This document shows positions 26,027 to 35,278 of a stretch of DNA of 64,000 nucleotides, in pieces. The stretch comes from Candidatus Bathyarchaeia archaeon (GTDB lineage Archaea; Thermoproteota; Bathyarchaeia; Bathyarchaeales; Bathyarchaeaceae): NCBI GenBank assembly GCA_035283685.1, contig DATETJ010000003.1, positions 842 to 64,841 of the forward strand, written 5' to 3'. The notes beneath the pieces were generated by a model that ran no database searches, was not told the origin of the DNA, and saw only the letters and a list, made by a program, of their open reading frames with translations. The stretch's first letter is position 1. Each line of letters opens with the position of its first letter. The position numbers and the translations under genes are program-made.

Positions 26027-26848
26027 ATGGAGCTCCCTGAATTAACTGTTCTGAGCCTGCAAATGGCAAAAGAAACCGTGGGAAGACGAATTGCAGAAGT
26101 CGAGATAGCGAATCCCAAGTGCTTGAACATGCCCTTAGAGCAGTTTAAGAAAACTGTAGTTGGGAAAGTCATTAAATCGGTTGAGAGTAGAGGCAAGTGG
26201 CTTTTCATCAAACTTAGCGCTGATCACGTTCTCCTGTTTAACCCTGGAATGGGTGCAGACGTGATTCACTTTAAGCCAGCCGACAAGTTGCCTGAGAAAT
26301 ATCAGATAAAACTCGTGTTGATTGACAAGACAGGCTTTACCATACGTGTCTGGTGGTTCTGTTACCTGCACCTTATGCGCGAGGATAAGCTCGGTGAACA
26401 CAAACTGGCTGGAAAACTGGGCGTGAACCCTCTTGACAAGAGTTTCACACTAGACTATTTCAAACAATTACTGGCGAAGAAAGGTGGCAATATCAAGACT
26501 TTCCTGCTCGACCAAAAGAATATTGCGGGCATCGGAAACGTCTACGTTCAAGACATGCTTTTCGAAGCAAGGCTACATCCTCAACGAAAGACTTCGTCAC
26601 TGACCAGCAAAGAGACAGAGGCCTTGTACAAGTCAATGAGATCTGAGCTTAACGGGAGCATCAGAATGGGCGGATTAGCCTATGAAAAAGACTTTTACGG
26701 CAAAAAAGGCCGTTACGGCGCAGATCAGTTCAAAATTGCATACAAATCAGGGAAGCCGTGCCCTGTTTGCCACACGACGATTCAGAAGATAAAGACGGGT
26801 TCAACCAGCACTTTCATTTGTCCAAAATGCCAACCTTTAGGCAAGTAA
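26027..26848 (+). CDS. Fpg/Nei-family DNA glycosylase/AP lyase
   Basis: MELPELTV N-terminus (family consensus PELPEV), an H2TH region (NIAGIGNVYVQDMLFEARLHP) and a C-terminal zinc finger CPVCHTTIQKIKTGSTSTFICPKCQ. An alternative TTG start lies at 26021. Confidence 0.8.
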   Translation: MELPELTVLSLQMAKETVGRRIAEVEIANPKCLNMPLEQFKKTVVGKVIKSVESRGKWLFIKLSADHVLLFNPGMGADVIHFKPADKLPEKYQIKLVLIDKTGFTIRVWWFCYLHLMREDKLGEHKLAGKLGVNPLDKSFTLDYFKQLLAKKGGNIKTFLLDQKNIAGIGNVYVQDMLFEARLHPQRKTSSLTSKETEALYKSMRSELNGSIRMGGLAYEKDFYGKKGRYGADQFKIAYKSGKPCPVCHTTIQKIKTGSTSTFICPKCQPLGK

Positions 26849-26875
26849 CATAAGGGCAATGTGCACTCAGCCTTC

Positions 26876-27156
26876 AAAAATCTTATTTCCCGGTTTTCGC
26901 TCTTGTTTTTCCAGCGATGACCTTCTGGTGAGCTATCCCACCGCCACCTCGATGCGAGGACTCATGCAAACGGACCCAACCGAAGCCGGATAGTCCCACA
27001 AAGCTATCCTTTGCTCGTGACGAAGGGCTTACCCAGACATGAGACACGGTGGGCGCGGGCGCGAAAATTCCCGTGTCAGAGAGAGCTCAGCAGAGAGGGG
27101 CGCATCGCTCCAACAATGAAGTTGAGTGTTAGTTTCACGGGAAACAACGCCCGCGA
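26876..27156 (-). ncRNA. unclassified GC-rich structured RNA (~280 nt)
   Basis: No ORF of 60 aa or more. Nested perfect helices: 27054-61/27148-55 (CGCGGGCG), 27070-75/27136-41, and 26937-43/27047-53 (CCCACCG/CGGTGGG). The hairpin at 26976-26989 is CCGGC-UUCG-GUUGG on the minus strand only, because on the plus strand its G.U pairs become A.C. On the minus strand, TATAAAAG sits about 25 nt upstream and a T5 run at 26876-80. Confidence 0.55.
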
Positions 27157-27234
27157 CAGAAAAGAGAACTTTTATAGTTAGCCCCAATGCAACTGTAGGA
27201 AGGCAGGCGTTTCACCTTGGACTTGGAGAAACGA

Positions 27235-28302
27235 ATGGATCTTGTGGCAGGGAACACTCAGGAAGTTGTTACCCTGGAAGAGCTACGCGAACTGCTTAAG
27301 AGTGAGGCTAAGCCGAGAGCCTACTGGGGTTACGAAGCAAGTGGACTCATGCACATTGGCATGGGCTTGGTCTGCGGCTCCAAGATCAAAGAGATGGTGA
27401 AGGCAGGCTTCGACTTCACGATTTTCTTGGCTGACTGGCACTCGTGGATAAACAACAAACTGGGCGGCAACATGGACAACATACGCCTTTGCGGCGAATA
27501 CTTCAAAGAATGCTTCACAGCTTTAGGCATTAAACCCGAAAGTGTACGTTACACATGGACTTCAGACTTGGCCAAAAACATTGAATACTGGGAAAAAGTG
27601 GTAAGAATAGCTAAGAGCGCATCCTTGCAGAGAACTTGGCGCGCCCTCCCTATCATGGGTCGTGAGACAAGCCTAACTGACATGGAAACCGCTTGGTTGT
27701 TTTACCCCTGCCTACAAGCAGCAGACATCTTTCAGATGGAACTCCACGTTGCCTGCGCAAGCATCGACCAACGCAAAGCCCACATGCTGGCTCGAGACGC
27801 AGCAGAAAAGCTCGGGTGGAGAAAACCCGTATGTGTGCACACGCCACTCCTCGTAAGCTTGCAGGGCCTGCAGAAAACAGATAAGCAGTTTGATGAGAGC
27901 GCTGAGATCAACGTTAGGATCGGCTCAAAAATGTCCAAAAGCGTTCCCGAGGGCTGCATTTTCGTGCACGATTCGCCCGAAGAAATCGAGACAAAACTCA
28001 AGGCAGCGTTTTGTCCGCCGAAGCAGGCGGAAGGCAATCCGGTTATGGAAATCGCAAAACTCACCATATTCCCGGAAAAGGGAAGCCTAACAGTAACTCG
28101 TCCATCAAAATATGGCGGTTCGGAGACTTTCAACAGCTATGAAAACTTGGAGAAAGCCTACGTTGAAAGAAAAGTGCACCCTCTTGACCTCAAGAAAGGA
28201 GTCGCGGATTCACTAGTAGAAATTCTCAGCCCGGTTAGAGAATACTTCCGAAAACACCCCAAGAATCTCGAAAGAATGAGGCAGATAGAAGTCTCAAGGT
28301 AG
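27235..28302 (+). CDS. tyrS: tyrosine--tRNA ligase (archaeal type)
   Basis: Colinear with remembered M. jannaschii TyrRS: GYEASGLMHIGMG, FLADWHSWIN, DQRKAHMLARD, KMSKS, GNPVMEIAK and HPLDLKKGVADSL. ATG at 27235 is preferred to the track TTG at 27217. Confidence 0.9.
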   Translation: MDLVAGNTQEVVTLEELRELLKSEAKPRAYWGYEASGLMHIGMGLVCGSKIKEMVKAGFDFTIFLADWHSWINNKLGGNMDNIRLCGEYFKECFTALGIKPESVRYTWTSDLAKNIEYWEKVVRIAKSASLQRTWRALPIMGRETSLTDMETAWLFYPCLQAADIFQMELHVACASIDQRKAHMLARDAAEKLGWRKPVCVHTPLLVSLQGLQKTDKQFDESAEINVRIGSKMSKSVPEGCIFVHDSPEEIETKLKAAFCPPKQAEGNPVMEIAKLTIFPEKGSLTVTRPSKYGGSETFNSYENLEKAYVERKVHPLDLKKGVADSLVEILSPVREYFRKHPKNLERMRQIEVSR

Positions 28303-28309
28303 AAAAAGC

Positions 28310-28732
28310 TTGCCAACCGCTTTAGAAAGAAAAGCAGAGATGCTCACCGAACTCATACAGAAACTTGCAGTCGAATCAACTAAAGGCGTGCCCATAATCG
28401 TAGAGGGACAAAAAGACGTCGGCGCACTGCGACAACTGAACATTGAAGGTAAGATTGTCTCTTCAAAGACATCAGGTAAATCCTTCCTGGACATACTGAC
28501 CGAAATTGAGAACCTCAAAGTCAAAGAAGTTGTTCTTCTGTTGGACTTTGACAGACGTGGGGTCGAGTGGACGCATCGCTTGAAGCAGCATTTGGAGAAA
28601 ACGAGAATCAAACCTAACCTAAACTTCTGGAACCAGCTTTATGGGCTCGTGGGACGCGACCTAAAGGACATTGAAGGCTTACCTGCTTACTTGGGTACGC
28701 TCGAAAACAAGAAAGGAAGCCAGAAACGGTGA
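28310..28732 (+). CDS. small Toprim-domain protein (RNase M5/primase-like)
   Basis: VPIIVEGQKDVGAL (Toprim Glu) and VVLLLDFDRRG (DxD). Confidence 0.6.
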   Translation: MPTALERKAEMLTELIQKLAVESTKGVPIIVEGQKDVGALRQLNIEGKIVSSKTSGKSFLDILTEIENLKVKEVVLLLDFDRRGVEWTHRLKQHLEKTRIKPNLNFWNQLYGLVGRDLKDIEGLPAYLGTLENKKGSQKR

Positions 28733-28738
28733 GAGTCT

Positions 28739-29518
28739 CTAGGTGAAAACGCGTCTCATGGTTTCGATGCTTTCAAGCACGTGACTCACTGATTCGCATA
28801 TGACAACGCCCTTGTAGTTGATGCGTTTGAGGGCTTTCGCCACAGCCTCCCAATCGATTTTGCCGTAGCCTACGCCTTTATGTTGATCGTATTTTCCTTC
28901 GTTGTCACTTACGTGCACGTGGACTATTCTGGCTCCGAATTGATCTATGAAGCCGAAGATTTCCTTAGTTGTGTTGGCGTGGCCCACATCAAAAGCTATG
29001 CCCAGATCAGTGTCCCCGCCCAATTCGCTGTAGAACAATGCAACATCCCGCATGCGCTTAACTAGGAAATGGAAAGGCTCCGGCGTGTTCTCCATGGCTA
29101 TGTCGACGCCAAGCTTCTTGCTAACTGCCATTAGACTTCTTACTGAGCGAAGGTTGAGTTGCCAATCAAGATCAGGATAAAACTCGCTTACACCTGACTT
29201 CCAGCCAGAATGAAAAACCCATTGTTTACACTTCAACTGGCGAGCATGGCCTAACGACTTCTCAAGTCTTTTGAGCATTACGCGGCGAAGCACTGGACTG
29301 GGAGAGGCAATGTTGATGTCAACGAAAGGCGCGTGAACCGCAAACTCGAGACCTGTGTCTCGTTGAATCCTGTTCAACGCGTTAACTCGTTTCTGATTAA
29401 GGGAGTGAAGGCCCTCGTCAACTAGCTCTACGCATCGCACATCAAATTCTGTCAAATGCGTAAGCATTGTGGAAAATGGTTCGCCTAAACAAAAGAGCAT
29501 TGACAAGCCAATGTCCAA
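28739..29518 (-). CDS. sugar phosphate isomerase/epimerase (xylose-isomerase-like TIM barrel)
   Basis: AVHAPF, MENTPEP, FDVGHAN and HVHVSDN. Confidence 0.7.
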   Translation of the reverse strand: MDIGLSMLFCLGEPFSTMLTHLTEFDVRCVELVDEGLHSLNQKRVNALNRIQRDTGLEFAVHAPFVDINIASPSPVLRRVMLKRLEKSLGHARQLKCKQWVFHSGWKSGVSEFYPDLDWQLNLRSVRSLMAVSKKLGVDIAMENTPEPFHFLVKRMRDVALFYSELGGDTDLGIAFDVGHANTTKEIFGFIDQFGARIVHVHVSDNEGKYDQHKGVGYGKIDWEAVAKALKRINYKGVVICESVSHVLESIETMRRVFT

Positions 29519-29597
29519 GCAAGGGCACTCCGGAATAAGTGAGAATGCAGTGCTTGCTTTTATTTTTTTGACTCGCTGGCTGCATGGAGCATGAGGC

Positions 29598-29903
29598 TCA
29601 TATCAGTTTCAGTATTCTTGTCTTGCCTGGAAGGCTAGTTTCGTCTTCTAGCTCGTCAAGCTCCATATTCTTGCGGATTGTTTGCTCTATAATCATGGCA
29701 CCTGAACCCAAGCACTCCCGCAAGGCAACATTGAAAGAATCCATCTCCTGCGCAATTTGTTGTTTTTGAACTGCGTGCGTGTTCTCTAGATGGTGGTAGA
29801 TAGTCTTGGTGGCTTCGCGTCCGAGCATTCGAATGAGCACGTTGTCTATGATTATGTTTCGCCTTTCGTTGCTTGTGCCTTGACCAAGTTGGCGGTGAAC
29901 CAT
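29598..29903 (-). CDS. hypothetical protein
   Basis: 101-aa track ORF with no family recognised. Confidence 0.4.
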   Translation of the reverse strand: MVHRQLGQGTSNERRNIIIDNVLIRMLGREATKTIYHHLENTHAVQKQQIAQEMDSFNVALRECLGSGAMIIEQTIRKNMELDELEDETSLPGKTRILKLI

Positions 29904-30013
29904 GCGTTATCGCTCGTGAGTGGGGATACTCAAAGAAAACCGAGTGTATTACGATTTAATAAACCCCTACGTGTCAACGTTCAACACAAATACATCAATT
30001 CATGCAGCAGCCC

Positions 30014-30415
30014 TTAGATCATCTTGGGAGCCAGCCAATTGATGACCTGCACTGGATCTTCACATTGAATCTCTACTTTGATGGGGCCAAGAGGAGACTC
30101 GCCGAAGGGCTGTGAAAACGAAACATGACCAGCGTAGGCAACCTGTTTATTCAGGTAGAACACGATTGAACGCTCACTTGACCCTTTGAACAGTACAACT
30201 CTTGCTGCTGCTCGAATTCGTTCTCGCTTTAGCACGTTGTGGAGTTTAGTCAACCCATCGGTGCCACTTGTTCCAGCGGTTAACAGACTCCCACGCTTTA
30301 GAGGCTTCAAAGCAAACTGCACATTGCTGAACATGTTCTCTACTGCTCGTTTCACTTTAGCTTCGTCTTCAGTTGGGTTAACTTCCACTTCGATTTGGAC
30401 TTCTATTTTCTCCAT
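30014..30415 (-). CDS. UPF0201-like predicted RNA-binding protein
   Basis: 133 aa with N-terminus IEVQIEVEVNPTEDEAKVKRAVENMF. It overlaps the adjacent kinase-like gene, as in the conserved archaeal UPF0200/UPF0201 pair (from memory). Confidence 0.45.
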   Translation of the reverse strand: MEKIEVQIEVEVNPTEDEAKVKRAVENMFSNVQFALKPLKRGSLLTAGTSGTDGLTKLHNVLKRERIRAAARVVLFKGSSERSIVFYLNKQVAYAGHVSFSQPFGESPLGPIKVEIQCEDPVQVINWLAPKMI

Positions 30416-30966
30416 TTTTGAAATGCTGCCTCCACAACCTCGCCAACTTTGGCTTTGAATTCCTCATAGGTTCGCTCATTCACAATCATCCAATCGGCTA
30501 AAGCGATAACGTCGCCTTGACCCACGCTTAATTCGCGCAGGTCACGCTCGCAGAAGACATCCCAGCCTTTGGGATCGTCGCTTCGTTTTCTTCTTGAGAG
30601 ACGTTGAAACCTTGTTTCAGGCGAAGAATGAACTGCAATGAGATTGACGCTCGCAAAATGTTTCTTAAACTCGTTGACTTCATCGAGGCTACGCACGCCA
30701 TCAACAAACACGATTCGGGTCTTGGCGTTTTGGATTTTGGCAATGCATCTTTTCGCAACTGCTGTCGGGCCTTCTTCTTCTCGCATTTTGAGCATGATTT
30801 GGCCAATGTTTTCGGGTGTGGGTTCCAAGCCGCGCTTCTTGGTTTCTTCCCTTATCTCGTCGCCCATTATCACAACTGCGTATGCCTTGCTCTCTGCGAT
30901 GTTTCTGACGGTAGCCTTCCCCGCGCCTGGCATTCCCACTACCCCAATGATGTGTTTCTTATCCAT
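30403..30966 (-). CDS. P-loop nucleotide kinase-like protein (UPF0200/dephospho-CoA-kinase-related)
   Basis: The internal ATG at 30966 gives MDKKHIIGVVGMPGAGKATV (Walker A). The track start is at 31029. Confidence 0.6.
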   Translation of the reverse strand: MDKKHIIGVVGMPGAGKATVRNIAESKAYAVVIMGDEIREETKKRGLEPTPENIGQIMLKMREEEGPTAVAKRCIAKIQNAKTRIVFVDGVRSLDEVNEFKKHFASVNLIAVHSSPETRFQRLSRRKRSDDPKGWDVFCERDLRELSVGQGDVIALADWMIVNERTYEEFKAKVGEVVEAAFQKWRK

Positions 30967-31086
30967 TTGCACCAAGACTCGTAGACCCATATCGCCAATG
31001 AGATTTTTAAAGCCACTTGTGAGGTTCAAGACTGAGACACGTTTAAAAGCAGTGGGAAAGTAAAAGGGAAAGAGGGCTACAATTTC

Positions 31087-31650
31087 ATGTCGGAAATGAT
31101 TCGCTGCTTTATAGCTTTCGACATCAACAATCCATCAGTGCTAACGAAGTTCACCGAAGTTCAAGACCTACTTGCCAAAACGGGTGCCGATTTGAAGCTT
31201 GTTGAACCTCAGAACGTTCACATAACGGTTCGTTTTCTAGGCGACATCCACGGAGACATGGTTGACCAGGTTCATGAAGGTATGAAACAAATTACTTTCT
31301 CAGCCTTCGACTGTGACATCCACGGCTTAGGCGCCTTTCCAAACATGCATCACGCGCGTGTCGTCTGGGCAGGAATGGGAAAAGGATCAGATGAACTCAG
31401 AAGCGTGACAAGTCAACTGGAATCGAAGCTTCGAAGTTTGGGATTCAGACCGGATCCGAAAGGGTTCAGCCCTCACTTGACACTGGCAAGAGTGAAAACC
31501 GGACGCAACAAGAATGAACTCGCCCGAAGTGTACAGGAGCTGACGGACTTTGATTTCGGCGTAGTAAGAGCAGATTGCCTAAAGTTGAAGAAGAGTGTTC
31601 TCACGCCTAGAGGTCCGATTTATTCAACATTGCGCGATGTCTGCCACTAA
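31087..31650 (+). CDS. thpR: RNA 2',3'-cyclic phosphodiesterase (2H family; ThpR/LigT)
   Basis: Two HxT motifs: HITVRFLG and HLTLARV. Confidence 0.85.
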   Translation: MSEMIRCFIAFDINNPSVLTKFTEVQDLLAKTGADLKLVEPQNVHITVRFLGDIHGDMVDQVHEGMKQITFSAFDCDIHGLGAFPNMHHARVVWAGMGKGSDELRSVTSQLESKLRSLGFRPDPKGFSPHLTLARVKTGRNKNELARSVQELTDFDFGVVRADCLKLKKSVLTPRGPIYSTLRDVCH

Positions 31651-31660
31651 AGGGTTGGAA

Positions 31661-33103
31661 ATGGCTTCAGCTTCAATCATTGAAAGAGTCCTAGCTGACA
31701 TAGCGAAGAGGATAACACCTTCGGAGAACGAGAGAAGAAAAGTTTTGTCCTTAGCGGATACTCTTGTAAGACGCGTTAAGACAGCGGCTGATAAGGCAAA
31801 GGTTGAAGCCCGTGTGAGAATTGAAGGCTCAGTTGCGAAGGACACTTGGCTTAGAGATGAGCCTGACATCGACATTTTCATGCAACTGCCCACCTCGACG
31901 CCTCGGAAGGCTCTTGGAACAGTGTGTTTAAACATCGCCAAAGAGGCAACAAAAGGCTCGAAGCAGGTTGAACGTTTTGCCGAGCATCCCTACCTTGAAG
32001 CCTTCGTTGATTCAATCCGTGTAAACATAGTTCCCTGCTATGAAGCAAAACCCGGCGAATGGCTGAGCGCAACCGATCGCACGCCTTATCACACCGATTT
32101 TGTGAAACCTCGGTTGAATAACGAGTTGCGGCGTGAAATCCGTTTAGTGAAGCGGTTTATGAAGGGCGTCGGCGCCTACGGTGCAGAAATCAAGGTTGGA
32201 GGTTTCAGCGGCTATTTATGCGAGCTTCTAACACTTCATTACAGCACCTTTGCCAACGTCTTGAAAACTGCGGCAAATTGGAGAAAGCCATGGGTAGTCG
32301 ATTACCAAAGTTACTACAAGGGAAAGGAAGAGGATCTTCCAAAGATCTTCATGGAGCCGTTGATTGTTGTCGACCCCGTTGATAAGGGGAGAAACGTTGC
32401 ATCTGCAGTTCGCCTCGAGCGACTAATCGAGTTTGTTACGGCTAGTCGACAGTTTCTTCAGCATCCTACTAGGGAGTTTTTCCTCCCAAAACCCATGAAA
32501 CCTCTGGGTGAAAAGCAGCTTGTCGCAAGGATGAAACAAAGCGCCACGGCACTTGTGTTCGTGGGAATTGGCGAGGTCGGAGCGGTTCCAGACATTCTGT
32601 GGGGTCAGCTCTACAAGACGCAACGATCACTTCGCAAAATGCTTGAACAGAACGATTTCCACGTGATCAACGATGCAGTTTGGAGCAACGAAGCCAGCTT
32701 GAGCGTTCTGCTGTTTGAGGTGGAACATCGCTTTCTGCCGCTGACGAGGAAGCATTTGGGACCGCCAGTGGAGAAGAGAGTTGAATGCGAACGTTTTCTG
32801 CAAAAACATCTTGGACGGTCGACAACAGTTTCTGGACCCCGTTTAGAAGATGAGCGATGGGTTGTCGAGATCAAACGAAAGCACACTGACATCGTCAAAC
32901 TGTTGGAAACGGAACTGAGACAAGGTGGAAGGCATGTGGGAGTGGCAGAACTGGTTTCAAAGGCAGTTGCGAAAAAAGTCAACATCTTCGTGAATCAAGA
33001 AATCGTAGACACGTACAGAAGGAACGGCGACTTCGCTGAGTTCCTGACTCAGCATGTTGATGGAAAACCTGGATGGCTCGTTGAAGCTGGAAAGAATCAG
33101 TAG
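31661..33103 (+). CDS. cca: CCA-adding tRNA nucleotidyltransferase (archaeal class I)
   Basis: RIEGSVAKDTWLRDEPDIDIF (GS...DxD) and AEIKVGGFSGYLCELL. An alternative ATG lies at 31637; the track start at 31595 overlaps thpR. Confidence 0.85.
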   Translation: MASASIIERVLADIAKRITPSENERRKVLSLADTLVRRVKTAADKAKVEARVRIEGSVAKDTWLRDEPDIDIFMQLPTSTPRKALGTVCLNIAKEATKGSKQVERFAEHPYLEAFVDSIRVNIVPCYEAKPGEWLSATDRTPYHTDFVKPRLNNELRREIRLVKRFMKGVGAYGAEIKVGGFSGYLCELLTLHYSTFANVLKTAANWRKPWVVDYQSYYKGKEEDLPKIFMEPLIVVDPVDKGRNVASAVRLERLIEFVTASRQFLQHPTREFFLPKPMKPLGEKQLVARMKQSATALVFVGIGEVGAVPDILWGQLYKTQRSLRKMLEQNDFHVINDAVWSNEASLSVLLFEVEHRFLPLTRKHLGPPVEKRVECERFLQKHLGRSTTVSGPRLEDERWVVEIKRKHTDIVKLLETELRQGGRHVGVAELVSKAVAKKVNIFVNQEIVDTYRRNGDFAEFLTQHVDGKPGWLVEAGKNQ

Positions 33104-33150
33104 ATATTGCATAATGCCAAGTTTTGCTCTCTTGTCAAGGAGTTGGATAG

Positions 33151-33924
33151 GTGAAAACGCGGTACAATCTTCCCGAAGGCATGCGATATGCCACATTACA
33201 CGAAAGAAAGATGTTCTATCAAAACGAGTTCGACGTTGTCAAGTTAAGTGGATGGTTTAAGACATGGAGTCCTGAAGACAGTGTTGAGTTTGCAGTGATT
33301 ATTGGAAGGCATACGCGCATTTTTCCCAAGGAATTCGAGGAAGATGCTTCCACAACGATAATTATCGACGAATACAGGGACCTAGCAGATGTCAAAAAGC
33401 AGATTTTGGAGTTTCTTCCCGAATCTGCCTATTATGACAGAAATGTCTATGGCAAGACGAAGCGCATCATGGGACAGGAACTAGCGTTCGATCTGGATCC
33501 AGAAAACCTCACCTGTCCGGTTCATGGAACCTTAGCTGAGAAAATGAAGAGGCGTCAAGGTTTAGCCTTCTGCGAAATCGAGTTGAATATGGTGAAGGAA
33601 GAGGCAATCAAGCTGTACGAAGAATTGGCAAAGCAGTTCTCGCAGATGCGCATGATTTATTCGGGCAGAGGATTCCACATACACGTGTTTGACGTTGAAA
33701 CCTTCACATGGACGCGTCGTCGGAGACGAGCTTTGGCCTTGAGACTTAAGGAAAAGGGGTTCTTGATTGACGAGTGGGTTACCACTGGTGGCATGCGGTT
33801 GATACGGTTACCTTACAGCCTGCATGGCATGGTTTCTAGGATTGTGATTCCCGTTGACGTTGACGAGTTGAGCGGATTTAACCCGGTCAGCGATCAACGA
33901 TGTCTGCCCAAGTTTCTCGGGTAG
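33151..33924 (+). CDS. priS: DNA primase small (catalytic) subunit, AEP family
   Basis: AEP motif I LAFDLDPEN, motif II YSGRGFHIHV and motif III region MRLIRLPYSLHG. GTG start. At 257 aa it is short for PriS. Confidence 0.75.
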   Translation: MKTRYNLPEGMRYATLHERKMFYQNEFDVVKLSGWFKTWSPEDSVEFAVIIGRHTRIFPKEFEEDASTTIIIDEYRDLADVKKQILEFLPESAYYDRNVYGKTKRIMGQELAFDLDPENLTCPVHGTLAEKMKRRQGLAFCEIELNMVKEEAIKLYEELAKQFSQMRMIYSGRGFHIHVFDVETFTWTRRRRRALALRLKEKGFLIDEWVTTGGMRLIRLPYSLHGMVSRIVIPVDVDELSGFNPVSDQRCLPKFLG

Positions 33925-33928
33925 CTGT

Positions 33929-34024
33929 TCACTTTTTCTTTTTGGCTGCTTTTTTCTTTACTTCCTTAGCTGTTTTCTCCTTCTTTTTGTAGTAATAGTA
34001 TTTCTTCTTTTTCTGTTCTGCCAT
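33929..34024 (-). CDS. possible 31-aa Lys/Tyr-rich micro-protein
   Basis: ATG at 34024 to TGA at 33929-31 encodes MAEQKKKKYYYYKKKEKTAKEVKKKAAKKKK. It is below the track cutoff and lies 51 nt downstream of the MFS gene on the same strand. Confidence 0.2.
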   Translation of the reverse strand: MAEQKKKKYYYYKKKEKTAKEVKKKAAKKKK

Positions 34025-34075
34025 GGTTTTCACTCTGATTGCTCTATTTCTGAAATCGAGTGGATAAGAAACTTG

Positions 34076-35278
34076 CTATCCAGCCAAGATTTCGGCTTTT
34101 GGGCGTTTTTCTTTGAATGGTTTTGTCAAGGCTGCGAGGGAAAGGAGAGGTGAAGCTACAATGATCACGTAGAATGGTACAACTAGTGACTGCTCATATA
34201 GCACGCCGCCGATGTATGGGGCAATTGCTGCGGAGAGTGTAGCTGACATTTGAGCTAGCGAGATCCATCTGCCTCTGGAAGCCTGAGGTGCAATTGAGCC
34301 CACGGATGCGCCCATGAGCGACCAGAGCATGTATGATGCACCGTTTAGGAAAGATGCAAATGCTAAAGCGAAAAAATTGGTGAAATATATGAATAAGCCG
34401 AATGAGAAGCCTCCAATGAGCAGTGCGACTGCGGCGGCCACCATCTTGCCCAGCTTGTCGCCGGCTTTACCTAGAAGAATTGAGAAGAGAGCTGAACCTA
34501 GGAACGCAACGGAGCCCATCACTCCTATTTCAAAGCTTTCAAGAGCATAAACATCTTGAAAAAATTGCACCACAAGAGGTCTGACTAGGTTTAGAAAGAA
34601 AAAAACGAGTCCAAAGAACATCGACAAGAGAGTTATTCTTCGGGCGTGAGAAGAGCCGAAGTTGATCTGTTCCTGCTGAGTTGAGGATCGTTCTGCGCGT
34701 TGGCTGCGGATGAAGAGAAGGATTATTGTTGCGGCAGCGTAGAGAGCGAAAGACAGGGTTAGCACAGTTGAGATTCCCACGGTTGTCGAAAGGTATCCGC
34801 CTAGTCCTGGAGAGAAGATAAAGCCTGTCGACCATGATGCGCTCATCAAAGTGTATGTGAGTGTCACTCTGTCTTTTCTTGCAGAGGTCATGACGTAGGC
34901 GCTTGTTGCGGGTCCGCTGAGGAAGAAGCCGTACAATCCCATGACTGGGATAAGTTGAGTCCAGTGGGTTGCGGCTGAGAACATTAGTGGGACTGGTACC
35001 CAGAGGAGCCAGCCTAGAAACATGACTTTTTTTCGGTCGTAGCGGTCTGCTAGAATGCCTCCTGGGATTATGGTCAATGCAGTGCTCAGGATGAAAATTG
35101 AGAAAAGAAAGCCAACATCGGTTGAAGAAGCGCCTAAGCCTCGGATATAAATGGGCAGAATGTAAGCGTATAGGCCGTCGCCGACGGCGCCTACAAAGTT
35201 TGAGACAAAGATCAGTTTTAGGTCTCGACTAAGCGTTCCTGACGGCAAAGCGAGGCTGTAGACGATGGATCGAATCAT
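34076..35278 (-). CDS. MFS transporter
   Basis: 400 aa with about 12 TM helices and the loop 2-3 signature GGILADRYDRKKV. Confidence 0.8.
   Translation of the reverse strand: MIRSIVYSLALPSGTLSRDLKLIFVSNFVGAVGDGLYAYILPIYIRGLGASSTDVGFLFSIFILSTALTIIPGGILADRYDRKKVMFLGWLLWVPVPLMFSAATHWTQLIPVMGLYGFFLSGPATSAYVMTSARKDRVTLTYTLMSASWSTGFIFSPGLGGYLSTTVGISTVLTLSFALYAAATIILLFIRSQRAERSSTQQEQINFGSSHARRITLLSMFFGLVFFFLNLVRPLVVQFFQDVYALESFEIGVMGSVAFLGSALFSILLGKAGDKLGKMVAAAVALLIGGFSFGLFIYFTNFFALAFASFLNGASYMLWSLMGASVGSIAPQASRGRWISLAQMSATLSAAIAPYIGGVLYEQSLVVPFYVIIVASPLLSLAALTKPFKEKRPKAEILAG

Noticed and set aside
26876-27156. Assignment of the structured RNA to RNase P RNA or SRP RNA
   Set aside because: GGAUAGUCC- and ACAGAA-like strings occur only on the plus strand, and their partners cannot form P4. 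There is no GGAAGCAGC-type helix-8 core or UGUAAU Alu motif on either strand. The RNA is left unclassified pending a covariance-model search.
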